Of a stretch of DNA of 64,000 nt, positions 28,324-37,494 are shown piece after piece. Each line of letters starts with the position of its first letter. The first letter of the stretch is position 1. The stretch lies in assembly GCA_034669905.1 (NCBI GenBank), contig JAXMOL010000006.1, forward strand, positions 32,001 to 96,000. Direction: 5' to 3'. The position numbers and the translations under genes are program-made. Origin of the DNA: Candidatus Hydrogenedentota bacterium (GTDB lineage Bacteria > Hydrogenedentota > Hydrogenedentia > Hydrogenedentales > JAEUWI01). A model generated the notes under the pieces. That model saw only the letters and a program-made list of their open reading frames with translations, did no database searches and was not told the origin of the DNA.

Positions 28324-29472
28324 CTACTGCGTCTTCGCGTCGGAGGCTGCGGCTTCCAGCGGCGATGGAACGACGGTGATACCGGGCTGCACTTTGATCA
28401 GCCCGTCCACGACTACCTTTTCGCCGGCCTCCAGGCCCGACTCGATAATCCAGTCGGCACCACTCCAGTCCCCGGGTTCGACGATGCGAAGCGCGACGGA
28501 GTTGTCGTCTTTGATGACATAGACGAAGGCGCCCTGGGGGGACTCACTGACGGCCTTCTGGGGGACCGAAATCGCATCGGGTCGCACATAGCCGCGCATG
28601 TGGGCCCGCACAAACTGGCCGGGTTTGAGCTGGCGGTTAATGTTGTCAAAGGTGGCCCGCATTTCGACGGAGCCGGTGTTGATGTCTACGGCCGTGTCTT
28701 CAAAATCAATCTTGCCCTGGGGCGGATATTCCGTACCGTCGAGCAAGGTGATTTCGAGGTAGGGGTTGTTCGTCCCATCCAGGACGTAGCCCCCCTCCGC
28801 AGCCAGCTTACGCCAGTTCAGATAGTCCCGTTCTGTCATCTGGTAGCTGACATAGATGGGGTCAACCTGCTGCATGGTGGTGAGCAGACCATTGGAACCT
28901 TCATCCACCAGGCTGCCGATCTCCTTCTGGGTCTTACCCACATAACCGGTCAGCGGTGCTTCCACGAGCGTATAGCCCACTTCCAATTCGGCCTTGGCCA
29001 ACTCCGCTCGGGCCAGGTTCAGCGCCGCCGTGGCATTGGTCCGCTCGGCAAGCTGCTTGTCCAGATCACTCTGGGCAATGGCACCCGGCACCTTGACCGA
29101 CTCCATGCGGTTCACTTCCTTCTCGGCGAGCGAGAGCGCCGCCTGCGCCTGGGCCACCCGGGCCTTGGCAATTTCCCGATCGGCTTCGAAGGGGCGGGGG
29201 TCAATCAGATAGAGGCGGGTACCCTGTTCGACCAGGGTGCCTTCCTTGAAGTCACGGGATTCCAGGAAGCCGCGGACCCGGGCCCGCACTTCGACGATTT
29301 TGGACGCTTCGGTCACACCGACGAAATCGAAGGAAACGGGCATGCTCTTGGGCGTCACGGTGACATAGGTTACTTCCGGCGGTGGGGGCGCAGGGGGTTG
29401 GGCTGCCAGCCGGTCCGCCGAGAGGAGGGCCAGACAACTCATCAGCAAGGGGGTCAATCGCTTCAACTTCAT
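28324..29472 (-). CDS. RND membrane fusion protein
   Basis: EVRARVRG, LYLIDPRPF, APLTGYVG, LKPGQFVR, GLEAGEKVVVDG; start MKLKR (alternative 29550). Confidence 0.93.
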   Translation of the reverse strand: MKLKRLTPLLMSCLALLSADRLAAQPPAPPPPEVTYVTVTPKSMPVSFDFVGVTEASKIVEVRARVRGFLESRDFKEGTLVEQGTRLYLIDPRPFEADREIAKARVAQAQAALSLAEKEVNRMESVKVPGAIAQSDLDKQLAERTNATAALNLARAELAKAELEVGYTLVEAPLTGYVGKTQKEIGSLVDEGSNGLLTTMQQVDPIYVSYQMTERDYLNWRKLAAEGGYVLDGTNNPYLEITLLDGTEYPPQGKIDFEDTAVDINTGSVEMRATFDNINRQLKPGQFVRAHMRGYVRPDAISVPQKAVSESPQGAFVYVIKDDNSVALRIVEPGDWSGADWIIESGLEAGEKVVVDGLIKVQPGITVVPSPLEAAASDAKTQ

Positions 29473-29642
29473 CTTATCGACCTTTCGAAAAGTGGGGGTT
29501 GTATAGGAAAACCGAGGTAGACACACCCCGGGTGTATTGGTTTTGTTCATACTGATAGAACTTCTATGCGTACTGTGGAACTTCGGGTCTGCCCCGACCG
29601 GAAATGCGTTGTGTCAGGCTGCGCTTAACTGCGTTCGTTGTA

Positions 29643-30200
29643 TTACGAGACCGGTGCCTCGGCGAGGCGCGCTGCCATACGGAGCATCGTCTGTACCAGC
29701 GCGTCGCGTTGTTCTTTCGTGAAGGGGGAGACATTCAAGGTCTCCATCAACATCAGGCCGTCGGCCGCGAGTAGCAGCACGGCGGATTCATTCTGATCGA
29801 TGTTCAAGGCTTCCAAATCGGCGAATCGGCTCTCATGAAACGAGCGAATAGGCTCCTTCAAATGAGGACAGTTGGCGAGCGCGGAAATCAGACCGGCACA
29901 CAACTGGAGATCCCGTTCCTCGTCAAGCAGGGATGTCTCTACATCCGCTCTCAGAATGGCGGCCGCATCGGCATCTTCGCCCCGGCGCTCATTCCGCCGC
30001 TCTGTGGCATGGGTCATCAGCCGGGCTACCATGGCCTGGAGGAGGGCACGTTTGGTCGGAAAGTGATATAAGAGTCCGCCCTTGCTGACCTGTGCTTGCT
30101 CCGCTACTGAATCCAAGGTAAGGCGCCACGCTCCCTGCTCCGTCAATACGACCTCTGCCGCATCAAGCATCGCTTCTTTTCCGCTGGGACGTACCATCAC
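29643..30200 (-). CDS. TetR/AcrR family repressor
   Basis: LTLDSVAEQAQVSKGGLLYHFPTK HTH; LAADGL C-domain; GGAGGTGA RBS. Confidence 0.93.
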   Translation of the reverse strand: MMVRPSGKEAMLDAAEVVLTEQGAWRLTLDSVAEQAQVSKGGLLYHFPTKRALLQAMVARLMTHATERRNERRGEDADAAAILRADVETSLLDEERDLQLCAGLISALANCPHLKEPIRSFHESRFADLEALNIDQNESAVLLLAADGLMLMETLNVSPFTKEQRDALVQTMLRMAARLAEAPVS

Positions 30201-30218
30201 TCACCTCCAAATCCTGTA

Positions 30219-30269
30219 GTTACTAAACCGTCTGGTCGGTATAGTAACACCATAAAGACGACACGTCAA
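30219..30269 (-). promoter_or_regulatory. Sigma70 promoter (TTGACG-17-TACTAT) overlapped by a TetR-type palindromic operator
   Basis: -35 at 30264-30269 and -10 at 30241-30246 on the minus strand; palindrome GTTACTA-a-ACCG-tctggt-CGGT-a-TAGTAAC at 30219-30248. Confidence 0.8.
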
Positions 30270-30335
30270 GTAATTGGAGCAACTATTTTTTGAAGGGTTC
30301 CATTGCGGGGTTGTCGGGGTAAGCGGGCTAGGCGG

Positions 30336-31208
30336 TCAGGAGCGGGCGGCCCGCTCCTGCAACATGGCCACAAAGGCCTGCTGGGCCTTGGATTGATAAA
30401 CACCCCGACGGGATATAGCGCCCAGGGTCACTTCGGGCAGCCCCGTCATGGGTATGGACTGGAGGGCATCGTCGGGCCGCACCACCATCTCCGGCAGGAG
30501 CGAAATGCCCACGCCCTCGGCCACGAATCGTTTAATGACCTCAAAACTGCCACTGTCCACCACGATCTGGGGTGAAAACTCGTATTCCGCGAAGTAGCGG
30601 CGCAGCATGGTGCCCGTGCGGGTAGCCTCCTCGAGCAAGACAAAGGGCTCTTGTCCCAAGGATTCGAGAGAAACGGCGCGTTTCGAGGCCAGGGGATGGC
30701 TCCGGGGCACGACGAGCACGAAGCGCTGGCGAAAGAGCGGGGCTTCCACCAGCTCGTCGTGGTGGGTGGGCAGGGTCACGATGCCCAGGTCCAGGGTGCC
30801 GTCCAGCACCTGTTCCACAATGGCCCCGGAATTTCGGTTGACCAGCACGACACGGGTTTCCGGCATGCGCTCGGCATATTCCCGTACCAAAGGGGGGAGC
30901 ACATAAAGGGCCGTCGTATCACTTGTACCTACCCGCAGTTCCCGGCTGGCTACGGCATCAAAGTCCGCCACTTCATGGGAGAGGCTTTCCACCTGCTGCA
31001 AGATCGTGGTGCCCTGGGCGTAGATCAATTCCCCCATGGGCGTGGGACGGCAGGTCTTTCGTTCGATGAGCGAATGGCCCACTTCGCGCTCCAGGGACTT
31101 GAGCTGCTGACTCACCGCCGGCTGGGAGCGATGGAGCCGCTCCGCCGCCGCGCGGAAGCTGTGGGTTTCGATAATGGCGCAAAGGCAGCGCAGGGATTCA
31201 AGGGTCAT
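30336..31208 (-). CDS. LysR family transcriptional regulator
   Basis: SFRAAAERLHRSQPAVSQQLKSLERE HTH; LDLGIV, GVGISLLP. Confidence 0.95.
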   Translation of the reverse strand: MTLESLRCLCAIIETHSFRAAAERLHRSQPAVSQQLKSLEREVGHSLIERKTCRPTPMGELIYAQGTTILQQVESLSHEVADFDAVASRELRVGTSDTTALYVLPPLVREYAERMPETRVVLVNRNSGAIVEQVLDGTLDLGIVTLPTHHDELVEAPLFRQRFVLVVPRSHPLASKRAVSLESLGQEPFVLLEEATRTGTMLRRYFAEYEFSPQIVVDSGSFEVIKRFVAEGVGISLLPEMVVRPDDALQSIPMTGLPEVTLGAISRRGVYQSKAQQAFVAMLQERAARS

Positions 31209-31273
31209 GGTGTTGCTCCCAGGGTGATTTCGTTGCTTATATAAATCCCTGGTCGTTCCTGTTGCGTGAATCT

Positions 31274-31557
31274 ACCACGGAATGCACGGAATAGCACGGA
31301 AGGAGAACTAAGGGGTAACCCCTTGTTTCGCGTGTATTGACACGGCCCGCGGGATGTTGTCGGACTGGCTTCCTCAGTTCGGCCGAATCGGTGTCTGGAT
31401 TGTTTTTATTTCCGTGTAATTCCGTGTCTTCCGTGGTCAACTCACTTAAACGGCACTACCACGGAAAACACAGAACCGCACGGGAGGAAAAGGTTCGAAT
31501 CTCGTCCCGCAGGCCTTCCGTTTCTTCATTCGTGTCTATTCGTGTACATTCGTGGTT
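31274..31557. repeat. Two inverted-repeat units built from triplicated CACG(G)AA cores (REP-like)
   Basis: ACCACGGAATGCACGGAATAGCACGGAA (31274-31301) pairs with TTCCGTGTAATTCCGTGTCTTCCGTGGT (31410-31437); a second looser pair at 31458-31485 / 31529-31557. Confidence 0.75.
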
Positions 31558-31585
31558 AAAAACGGGTCAGCATGCAGACTTGGTT

Positions 31586-31602
31586 GATAAGAAAGTCTTA
31601 TC
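31586..31602. promoter_or_regulatory. LysR-type recognition site (T-N11-A)
   Basis: GATAAG-aaagt-CTTATC perfect palindrome with T31588-N11-A31600, upstream of a TATGCT -10-like hexamer (31648) for purM. Confidence 0.65.
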
Positions 31603-31775
31603 GCTTTCATTATATCATTTCATTGGACTTATTCAAGGGGTCCGTCGTATGCTTCCCTTGTGCGCTTTGGGTGACTTCTACGCCACGACCTTCGCGCGCG
31701 CCCAGTTTTCTCTCTCCACGGTGCCGCGGGATTGCCCCCGTCGGCCCTGTATACCATGACCAAAGGAAATCCACC

Positions 31776-32837
31776 ATGACCGAAGAAAAGTCGGGGTTGA
31801 GTTACCGTGACGCGGGCGTCGATATCGATGCCGCAAACACGGCCATGAAGACGGTAAAGACCCTTGTGAAACGTACCTTTACCGGCGGCGTACTCCAGGA
31901 TATTGGTGCCTTTGGGGCCATGTTCAGCCTCGACACCAAGGGCATGACGGAGCCGGTGCTCGTATCCAGCGTAGACGGGGTGGGCACGAAGCTGAAGCTC
32001 GCTTTCATGTCGGGCAAGCACGACACCATCGGTATCGATATTGTTTCCCACTGCGTCAACGACATCCTCGTGCAGGGTGCCCGACCTTTGTTCTTCCTCG
32101 ATTACCTCGCGGTCGGCAAGCTGGAGCCTCAGGTGGTGGTGGATGTGGTGAAGGGGCTCACCGACGGCTGCCTCTATGCCGGTTGCGCCCTGATTGGCGG
32201 TGAGACGGCCGAGATGCCCGATATGTATCAGCCGGGAGAATATGACCTGGCCGGCACCATCGTCGGTGTGGTAGACCGCAGCAAGATCATCGACGGTACG
32301 AACATCAACGCGGGGGACGCCATCATCGGCATCCCATCCTCCGGTCTCCACACCAACGGCTACAGCCTGGCGCGGAAGATTTGCTTTGAAGTGGCGGGGC
32401 TCGATATTCACGACGAGATGCCTGGTGTGGGCCGTTCCGTGGCGGAAGCGCTGATGGAGCCCCACCTGAGCTACGCCAAGCTCATGCAGATTGTTATGAA
32501 AGTCGTGAAGGTGAAGGGCATGGCCCACATCACTGGCGGTGGTATCACGGACAACCTGCCCCGCGTATTGCCCGATGGTCACTCGGCGGAGATTGACCTC
32601 CAGAGCTGGACGGTTCCGCCCCTCTTCAAGTTTCTGCAGGAAACGGGCAACGTGGCGGAGTCCGAAATGCTGCGCACCTTCAACATGGGCCAGGGTTTCC
32701 TTTTCGTGGTGCCCCAGAATCAGGCTGAGAAGGCGCTGGAGACGGTTAACCTTACGGGTACGGACGCCTACCGCGTGGGCGAAGTCATCGCGGGCGACGG
32801 ACAGATTCACTACAAGGGCACGCTGAACTATGGCTAA
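31776..32837 (+). CDS. purM: Phosphoribosylformylglycinamidine cyclo-ligase (AIR synthetase)
   Basis: YRDAGVDID, DGVGTKL, GGETAEMP, SSGLHTNGYSL, HITGGG, TFNMG. Confidence 0.97.
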   Translation: MTEEKSGLSYRDAGVDIDAANTAMKTVKTLVKRTFTGGVLQDIGAFGAMFSLDTKGMTEPVLVSSVDGVGTKLKLAFMSGKHDTIGIDIVSHCVNDILVQGARPLFFLDYLAVGKLEPQVVVDVVKGLTDGCLYAGCALIGGETAEMPDMYQPGEYDLAGTIVGVVDRSKIIDGTNINAGDAIIGIPSSGLHTNGYSLARKICFEVAGLDIHDEMPGVGRSVAEALMEPHLSYAKLMQIVMKVVKVKGMAHITGGGITDNLPRVLPDGHSAEIDLQSWTVPPLFKFLQETGNVAESEMLRTFNMGQGFLFVVPQNQAEKALETVNLTGTDAYRVGEVIAGDGQIHYKGTLNYG

Positions 32838-35787
32838 TCGTATCGAAGTCGCCATGCAGGCCAACCAGCCCGACCCGGCGGGTGAGGCGGTGCGTCTCAA
32901 GCTCCACGAAGATCTTCACGTGACCGTGGAATCCGTGCGGGTGATTGACGTGTACGCCATTCATGCCGACCTCAGTGAGGCCGAGCTGGAGAAGGTGCGG
33001 ACCGAGCTTTTCACCGACCCCATCATCCAGACCTCGGCGTTGAACCGCTCGCTGGCACAGAATTTTGACTACGTCGTGGAAGTGGGCTTTCGCCCTGGCG
33101 TAACCGACAACGTGGGTCGGAGCTCCCTCGAAGGGGTGGAAGACACGCTGGGCCGTGATCTCGGACCCGACGCAGCGGTCTTTAAGTCGACCCAGTATGT
33201 TATCCAGGGAATCAGTGAAGCCGATTGTGCGCGCGTGACCAAGCGTGCCCTGGCCAACGAGCTCATCGAGCGGTGGGCCATCAAGTCTCCCGTTGAGATG
33301 GCGGCGCTGAATCATGCGCCCTTGTTGGACGAGCCCCTGGTGACGGACGTAAGCGACCCGACGGTCCACGAGATCGATCTGGAAATCGACGACGACGCCC
33401 TCCTTGCCCTGAGCCGCGAGATGATGCTGGCCCTGGAGTTGGTGGAGATGCAGGCCATTCAGGCCCACTACCGCGATCCCGCCACCAAGGCGATGCGAAA
33501 GGAAGCGGGCCTGCCCGAGAAGCCGACCGACATTGAGTTGGAAATCCTGGCCCAGACCTGGTCGGAACACTGCAAGCACAAGATTTTCGCGGCAGACGTG
33601 GATTACACCGACGCCGAAGGCACGACCCGCCGTATCGATGGGCTCTTTAAAAATTACGTGAAGGCCACCACGGATATCGTGGGCGAAAAAGTCGATTGGC
33701 TCATCAGCGTCTTCCACGACAACGCGGGCATTGTGAAGTTTACCGATGACTATCACTTCGCGCTGAAGGCCGAGACCCACAACAGTCCTTCGGCACTCGA
33801 TCCCTACGGCGGTGCCATGACGGGTATCGTCGGCGTGAACCGGGACATTCTGGGTGCGGGGCAGGGCTGCCGCTGCATCTTCAATACCGACGTGTTCTGC
33901 TTTGCTTCGCCCGATTATGAAGGGGAGATTCCCGACCGCTTGCTCCACCCGCGACGGGTCCTTCGCGGCGTACACCGCGGTGTGGTGGATGGCGGGAACG
34001 AAAGTGGCATTCCCACGGTCAACGGCGCCATTGTCTTTCACGAGCGTTTCCTCGGAAAGCCCCTCGTCTTTGTGGGCACCGGCGGACTCATCCCCGTCGA
34101 GGTGAACGGCGTGCCCAGCGAAGAAAAAGGGGCCCGTCCCGGCGACAAGATCATCATGGCCGGCGGGCGCATCGGTAAAGACGGCATCCACGGCGCCACC
34201 TTCTCCTCCGAAGAGTTGCACGAAGGTTCGCCGGCCACCGCCGTGCAGATTGGTGACCCCATCACCCAAAAGAAACTGGCGGACTTTCTCATGGAAGCCC
34301 GCGATTTGGGACTCTATACCTGCGTCACCGACAACGGTGCGGGTGGTCTTTCCTCCAGCATCGGCGAAATGGCCGAAACCCCGGGTGGTGCCGCCATTCA
34401 TCTCGATAAGTGCCCCCTTAAATATGCCGGCCTGGCGCCCTGGGAGATTTTCCTTTCCGAAGCCCAGGAGCGGATGACCCTCGCCGTCGCCCCGGAAAAG
34501 GTGGACGCCCTCCTTGATCTGGCGAAGCGCCGCGAAGTGGATGCCACCGACATCGGTGAGTTTAATGATTCTGGTCGTCTTGACACCTATTACAATGGGG
34601 CCTTGATCGGTGCGTTGACCATGGAATTCCTCCATGACGGCGTGCCGAAAATGTGCCTGCCCGCCAAGCTCGAGCCCGTCTCCCTGACCGCGCCCGTACT
34701 GGAAACAAAGTCCGATCTCAACGACGATCTGAAAGCCGTGTTGGGTGCCCTCAACGTGGCCAGTAAAGAGAGCTTCGTGCGGATGTACGACCACGAAGTG
34801 CAGGGCAACAGTGTGGTCAAGCCTTTCCAGGGCGCCGAGTCCGACGGTCCGGGCAATGCCGGTGTGGTTCGTCCCGATCCGAACTCGAAAAAAGGGGTGG
34901 CGGTCGCCTGTGGCATCACGCCCAAGTATGCCGACCTGGACGCCTACCACATGATGGCCTGTGCCATCGACGAAGCGGTCCGTAACCTGGTGGCGACGGG
35001 CGCGAAGATGGGCACCATTGCCGGGCTCGATAATTTCTGTTGGCCCGACCCCGTGGAAAGCGAAAAGACGCCTGATGGTGCCCATAAGATGGCCCAGTTG
35101 GTGCGCTGCTGCGAGGCCCTCAAGGAAGTTTGTGTCGCCTATGACATCCCGCTCATCAGCGGTAAAGACAGCATGAAAAACGACTACAAGATCGGCGATA
35201 CCAAGATTTCGATTCCGCCGACCGTGTTGTTTACGGCCTCGGCCATTCTCGACGATGCCGACCAGGTGGTGACCATGGATGTGAAACGTCCGGGTGACAC
35301 GGTCTATGTGCTGGGCGAAACGAAAGACGAATTGGGCGGCAGCGAATACCTGTCTCTGTCACAGCAGTTGGGTGATAGGGTGCCCACGGTGGATCCGGTT
35401 CGTGCCCGTGCCCGTTACGAAGCGCTGCACCAGGCCATTACCCAGGGACTTGTGGCTTCCTGTCACGATTGTTCCGATGGGGGGCTGGGTGCCGCCTTGG
35501 CCGAGTCCGCCTTCGCGGGGGGCTTCGGCATGAAGGTCGATCTGGCGCCCCTGGGACTGGACAACGAACAGGTGGCGCTCTTCAGTGAAAGCCAGAGCCG
35601 TTTCGTCGCGACCGTTGCCGCAGACAAGGTGTCTGCCTTCGAGGCCCTGATGAATGATACGGGGTGTTATGCCCTGGGTCAGGTGACGGAGGTGCCTCAG
35701 TTGGTTATCACCGGCGCGGCTGGCACGGTGGTCGATGCACCCCTGTCTGAGCTGAAAGCCGCCTGGCAGGCGCCCTTGAACTACTAG
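32830..35787 (+). CDS. purL: FGAM synthase PurL with fused N-terminal PurS-like repeats
   Basis: QTWSEHCKHKIF, KAETHNSPS, DNGAGGL, SEAQERM, ISGKDSM, HDCSDGGL; PurS-like RPGVTDNVG. Confidence 0.96.
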   Translation: MANRIEVAMQANQPDPAGEAVRLKLHEDLHVTVESVRVIDVYAIHADLSEAELEKVRTELFTDPIIQTSALNRSLAQNFDYVVEVGFRPGVTDNVGRSSLEGVEDTLGRDLGPDAAVFKSTQYVIQGISEADCARVTKRALANELIERWAIKSPVEMAALNHAPLLDEPLVTDVSDPTVHEIDLEIDDDALLALSREMMLALELVEMQAIQAHYRDPATKAMRKEAGLPEKPTDIELEILAQTWSEHCKHKIFAADVDYTDAEGTTRRIDGLFKNYVKATTDIVGEKVDWLISVFHDNAGIVKFTDDYHFALKAETHNSPSALDPYGGAMTGIVGVNRDILGAGQGCRCIFNTDVFCFASPDYEGEIPDRLLHPRRVLRGVHRGVVDGGNESGIPTVNGAIVFHERFLGKPLVFVGTGGLIPVEVNGVPSEEKGARPGDKIIMAGGRIGKDGIHGATFSSEELHEGSPATAVQIGDPITQKKLADFLMEARDLGLYTCVTDNGAGGLSSSIGEMAETPGGAAIHLDKCPLKYAGLAPWEIFLSEAQERMTLAVAPEKVDALLDLAKRREVDATDIGEFNDSGRLDTYYNGALIGALTMEFLHDGVPKMCLPAKLEPVSLTAPVLETKSDLNDDLKAVLGALNVASKESFVRMYDHEVQGNSVVKPFQGAESDGPGNAGVVRPDPNSKKGVAVACGITPKYADLDAYHMMACAIDEAVRNLVATGAKMGTIAGLDNFCWPDPVESEKTPDGAHKMAQLVRCCEALKEVCVAYDIPLISGKDSMKNDYKIGDTKISIPPTVLFTASAILDDADQVVTMDVKRPGDTVYVLGETKDELGGSEYLSLSQQLGDRVPTVDPVRARARYEALHQAITQGLVASCHDCSDGGLGAALAESAFAGGFGMKVDLAPLGLDNEQVALFSESQSRFVATVAADKVSAFEALMNDTGCYALGQVTEVPQLVITGAAGTVVDAPLSELKAAWQAPLNY

Positions 35788-35931
35788 GCCCCGGTCGTGA
35801 TCGGAATGATTGCGGCGCATACGCACGAGCTTACTGAGTTTTGAAAAACTCCCCGGTATCGGGGAGTTGCCCATCAGTCCCCGGACGATCCGGAGCAACT
35901 GCACTGGGCGGCGACATAAGGAGACACGAAC

Positions 35932-36723
35932 GTGTCGGTAAACGCACTCATACTTACCGGTTTCGGTATCAACTGCGACCGTGAAACGGCGCTGGCCTTT
36001 GAACGGGCCGGTGCCCGTGCCGAGCGGGTTCATCTGAATGATCTGGCCGAGAAGCCCGAACGGTTTCAGGAGTTTCAGATTCTCGCCGTACCCGGTGGAT
36101 TCTCTTTTGGCGATGACGTGGCGTCTGGCCGGATTCTGGCCAACCGTTTGCGCTATCGTCTGGGCGCACCGCTCCAGGACTTCGTGGCGGCGGGCAAGCT
36201 GGCCATCGGCATCTGCAATGGATTCCAGGTCATGGTGAAGATGGGATTGCTTCCTCTTTTCGAGGGCGAGTTTACCCAGGAAGTGACCTTGACCCACAAC
36301 AATGCCGGACGCTTCGACAATCGTTGGGTCAATCTCAACGTCAATGCCGATTCGCCCTGTGTCTGGACCCAGGGAATGGCGCGGCTGGAAGTGCCCATTC
36401 GCCACGGCGAAGGCAAGTTCATCCCCCGGGATGATGCCACCTTAGCCCGCCTTCAGGATCAAGGGCAGATTGTGCTGCGTTATGCCCATGCCGACGGCCG
36501 GGTCGCCAACGGCTCCTTCCCGGAAAATCCCAATGGCTCTATCGACGACGTGGCCGGAATTTGTGATCCGTCCGGGCGCATCTTCGGGCTCATGCCCCAC
36601 CCGGAAGCCTTCCTCCACCGGAGCAACCATCCCCGCTGGACCCGTGAAGAACTGCCGGAAGAAGGTGCGGGACTCCAGCTGTTTAAGAACGCGGTGAACT
36701 TTGCGGCGAAGGAATTGGCGTAG
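35932..36723 (+). CDS. purQ: FGAM synthase glutaminase subunit
   Basis: GINCDRET, PGGFSFGD, GICNGFQ, HGEG, NPNGS, GLMPHPE. Confidence 0.96.
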   Translation: MSVNALILTGFGINCDRETALAFERAGARAERVHLNDLAEKPERFQEFQILAVPGGFSFGDDVASGRILANRLRYRLGAPLQDFVAAGKLAIGICNGFQVMVKMGLLPLFEGEFTQEVTLTHNNAGRFDNRWVNLNVNADSPCVWTQGMARLEVPIRHGEGKFIPRDDATLARLQDQGQIVLRYAHADGRVANGSFPENPNGSIDDVAGICDPSGRIFGLMPHPEAFLHRSNHPRWTREELPEEGAGLQLFKNAVNFAAKELA

Positions 36724-36801
36724 GGCAGTGCATGGGCTGTGGCGATGCCCTGGTCTCCACCACGCTTTCTTCAACCAACGCACGTCTGCCGCAGGGTGTC
36801 C

Positions 36802-37233
36802 CTAGAGGGTTTCCCCGAAGGCGTCGAGCACCCGTTTGCCGTCGATGCTGCACTGGTCAGATACGCACCGGCCGCTCTCCGTCTGGACCCAATCTTCCGA
36901 ACCCTGTCGGGTGTAGAAGAACTCGTAGCCTTCGATGCGGGGCTCGTTATTGCTTCCCGAATGTTCCACATAGACGGAAATCTTGCCAATAGCGGGTCCG
37001 AAGAGGATATAGGGTCGGGCGACGGCCACCTCCGCCCCGATACGTTGGGCCGACGATTCCAGCCCCTTCTTCGTGGGGCGGAATTCCTCGATTTTGGCCT
37101 GGGCCAGCCCGCCCAGTTCTTGCTCAAGAAAGCTGAGTTGGTAGGCGCTTACGCCCCAGGCCAGACAGAGGGTGCCCAGGAGTACTGCGCCCACCCGTAG
37201 CGTCCACCCTGAATTTTCTTTCACGTCCCACAT
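36802..37233 (-). CDS. Hypothetical protein with a single N-terminal TM
   Basis: AAGGA RBS, hydrophobic N-terminus, C-terminal Cys pair; no family recognised. Confidence 0.6.
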   Translation of the reverse strand: MWDVKENSGWTLRVGAVLLGTLCLAWGVSAYQLSFLEQELGGLAQAKIEEFRPTKKGLESSAQRIGAEVAVARPYILFGPAIGKISVYVEHSGSNNEPRIEGYEFFYTRQGSEDWVQTESGRCVSDQCSIDGKRVLDAFGETL

Positions 37234-37494
37234 TCCTTAACCTTTCCCAATCGGCCCCAATCCTGTTATATTAGTCCGTGATGTATTCTTGGTGGTGTCC
37301 TGTTGATACCGCTCCATTTTAGGGCGTGGTGTCAGGCGGGTACAACTGCAAGAATACGGAATAATGCGATTTCGTGTTGTCATGGGTATAATGACCATGC
37401 GCGTGGCGCGGGCAGCAGTCGCCGCGTGTACGTGAATAATGTAGATTTTCGGGTCGTTTCGTGCCCCCGAAACGAACTGGATGCAGGATTGAGC

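Noticed and set aside
31274..31557. CRISPR array
   Set aside because: The repeats are inverted and degenerate with irregular spacers, and there are no cas genes.
31655..31775. Purine/ZTP/PRPP riboswitch before purM
   Set aside because: No recognisable consensus elements by eye; an Rfam scan would be needed to exclude it fully.
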